Part shown: positions 62,880-64,000 of the stretch, piece by piece
Numbering within the stretch: the first letter of the stretch is position 1
Layout: every line of letters starts with the position of its first letter
From: Cycas panzhihuaensis
Lineage: Eukaryota; Plantae; Cycadophyta
Direction: 5' to 3'
Length of the DNA: 64,000 bases
Assembly (NCBI GenBank): GCA_023213395.1
Contig: CM041465.1
Span: forward strand, 232,693,741-232,757,740
The notes under the pieces: generated by a model
Seen by the model: the letters and a program-made list of their open reading frames with translations, nothing else
What the model was told of the DNA's origin: nothing
Databases searched by the model: none
Position numbers and translations under genes: made by a program

Positions 62880-64000
62880 ATGAATAACAACTTGGATATC
62901 CACATTAATTTTTGAGAGATCGATGATGATCGAATTAGAAATGAATGGAACAACATGCAATATAGTGATGGAAGAAAAATAAATTTGACGAAGGTAGGAT
63001 TCACTCAGTATGTGCCAATAGGATTGTTCTCGGTAGCACCAGATTTTCTGTCATCAGTGATTTGCTTGGTAGTACACCAACTTGATTTGTTGGACATTTC
63101 CACAAATGCCATTGCACAAGTCTCGTGTCTACCTGATTTAGGTGAAGAGGTATTTAAAGATAAAGGAATCTCCCAAGAACAAGTAGCAGAATAATTGGGC
63201 GTACAGGGCGTTGAGCCAAAAGAATTTGTATGTGCCCATAAAGATTGAGTCGATGCTTCTAAGAGTCGCACAAGGAGGTAAGTTCAATTGGGCTTCATTT
63301 CTTTTGGGTAAGCTTTTGGAAAAATTAAGCAATATTAAGGTTAGTACTCAATCCACGGTATTTTATCATTAGACTTTGTTCCAAGGACTGTTGTATTTAC
63401 AATGTTTGGAATTGAATCTACGTCAAGCAGAACAAGGATAATCAGTCCTTACAGGTTGGATAAATTATTTCAAAAGGCAAGGAAAGGTGTGGAGGAGTTA
63501 AGCTCAAGAAATGGTAAAGGAATAGTTTCTGCAGAAAAATCAGGCAAGTAATCCCCAACCGTGACTACAGGAGGTGAACCGAAGTGAAAGGCAACGATAA
63601 GAGGCGGCCTAGCTAGTAGCGGAAGGAGTACAAGAAAAACAAGAGGAGACCATTGAAGAAGCTGAAAAGAGGGAGAAGAACAAAAGAGAAGATATTAGAA
63701 GGGGAAAACAAAGGGTAGGAGACGTTGGGGTGACAATCAAGTAGGAAATTTTCGAAAAGGAACTCTAGCCAACATAGCAACCAGACAAAGCCCGCAAATA
63801 CAGAGGAGGAAAGGAGGAAGAAAAGAAAACTTGCGGCAGAAAATGCAAAGCAGGAAATAATAGGAATTCTGAATAGTCAGCCAATTGAGGTAGATTTTGA
63901 TTTCAACAACGAAGAATTCATGGAAGAGGGAATCGATCCAGTGGAGTGCCAATCGCACAATGTGGCACATTGGAAAATTTCATTCCTGGCCAAAGTAATC
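62880..64000 (+). pseudogene. Extra 3' ORF of element I (unknown function; disrupted, continues beyond the window)
   Basis: ATG at 62880; EIDDDRIRNEW..VSCLPDLG..QKNLYVP..FNWASF..TLFQGLLYLQC..EEGIDPVEC..WKISFL. Confidence 0.78.

Larger units (their letters stand above)
59292..64000 (+). mobile_element. Element I: non-chromovirus Ty3/Gypsy fragment (H/F lineage): spacer, partly deleted RT/RNase H, integrase, repeat array, extra ORF; runs off the window
   Basis: KDVFAWSCKDLKGIPPELGEH; WVSPVVVV; [18 protein letters not shown]; KPGKLKLRWLGPY. No 5' LTR or gag at the junction with G. Confidence 0.88.

Overview
AT-rich land-plant genomic DNA from a large, retrotransposon-rich genome (fern, lycophyte or gymnosperm-like; the taxon is inferred, not shown). 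The only host-gene sequence I recognise is two short + strand exons (16138-16254, 16415-16497) of a plant senataxin/SEN1-like helicase gene. The rest of the window appears to be giant introns filled with retroelements. These are a LINE remnant, three bounded Ty1/Copia elements plus a fragment, two copies of one chromovirus family plus an old remnant, and four non-chromovirus Ty3/Gypsy elements, nested up to three deep, several with exact target-site duplications (TSDs). Most unusual observations: (i) a non-chromovirus Gypsy lineage with a conserved extra ORF 3' of pol in three diverged copies, and a second Gag-like motif between protease and RT in two copies; (ii) two Copia families with three serial LTR-end/PBS units; (iii) a 22/23-bp alternating array built on the palindrome GGTTGCAACC; (iv) most bounded elements have lost RT. 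All homology calls come from motif recognition by eye; no searches were run.
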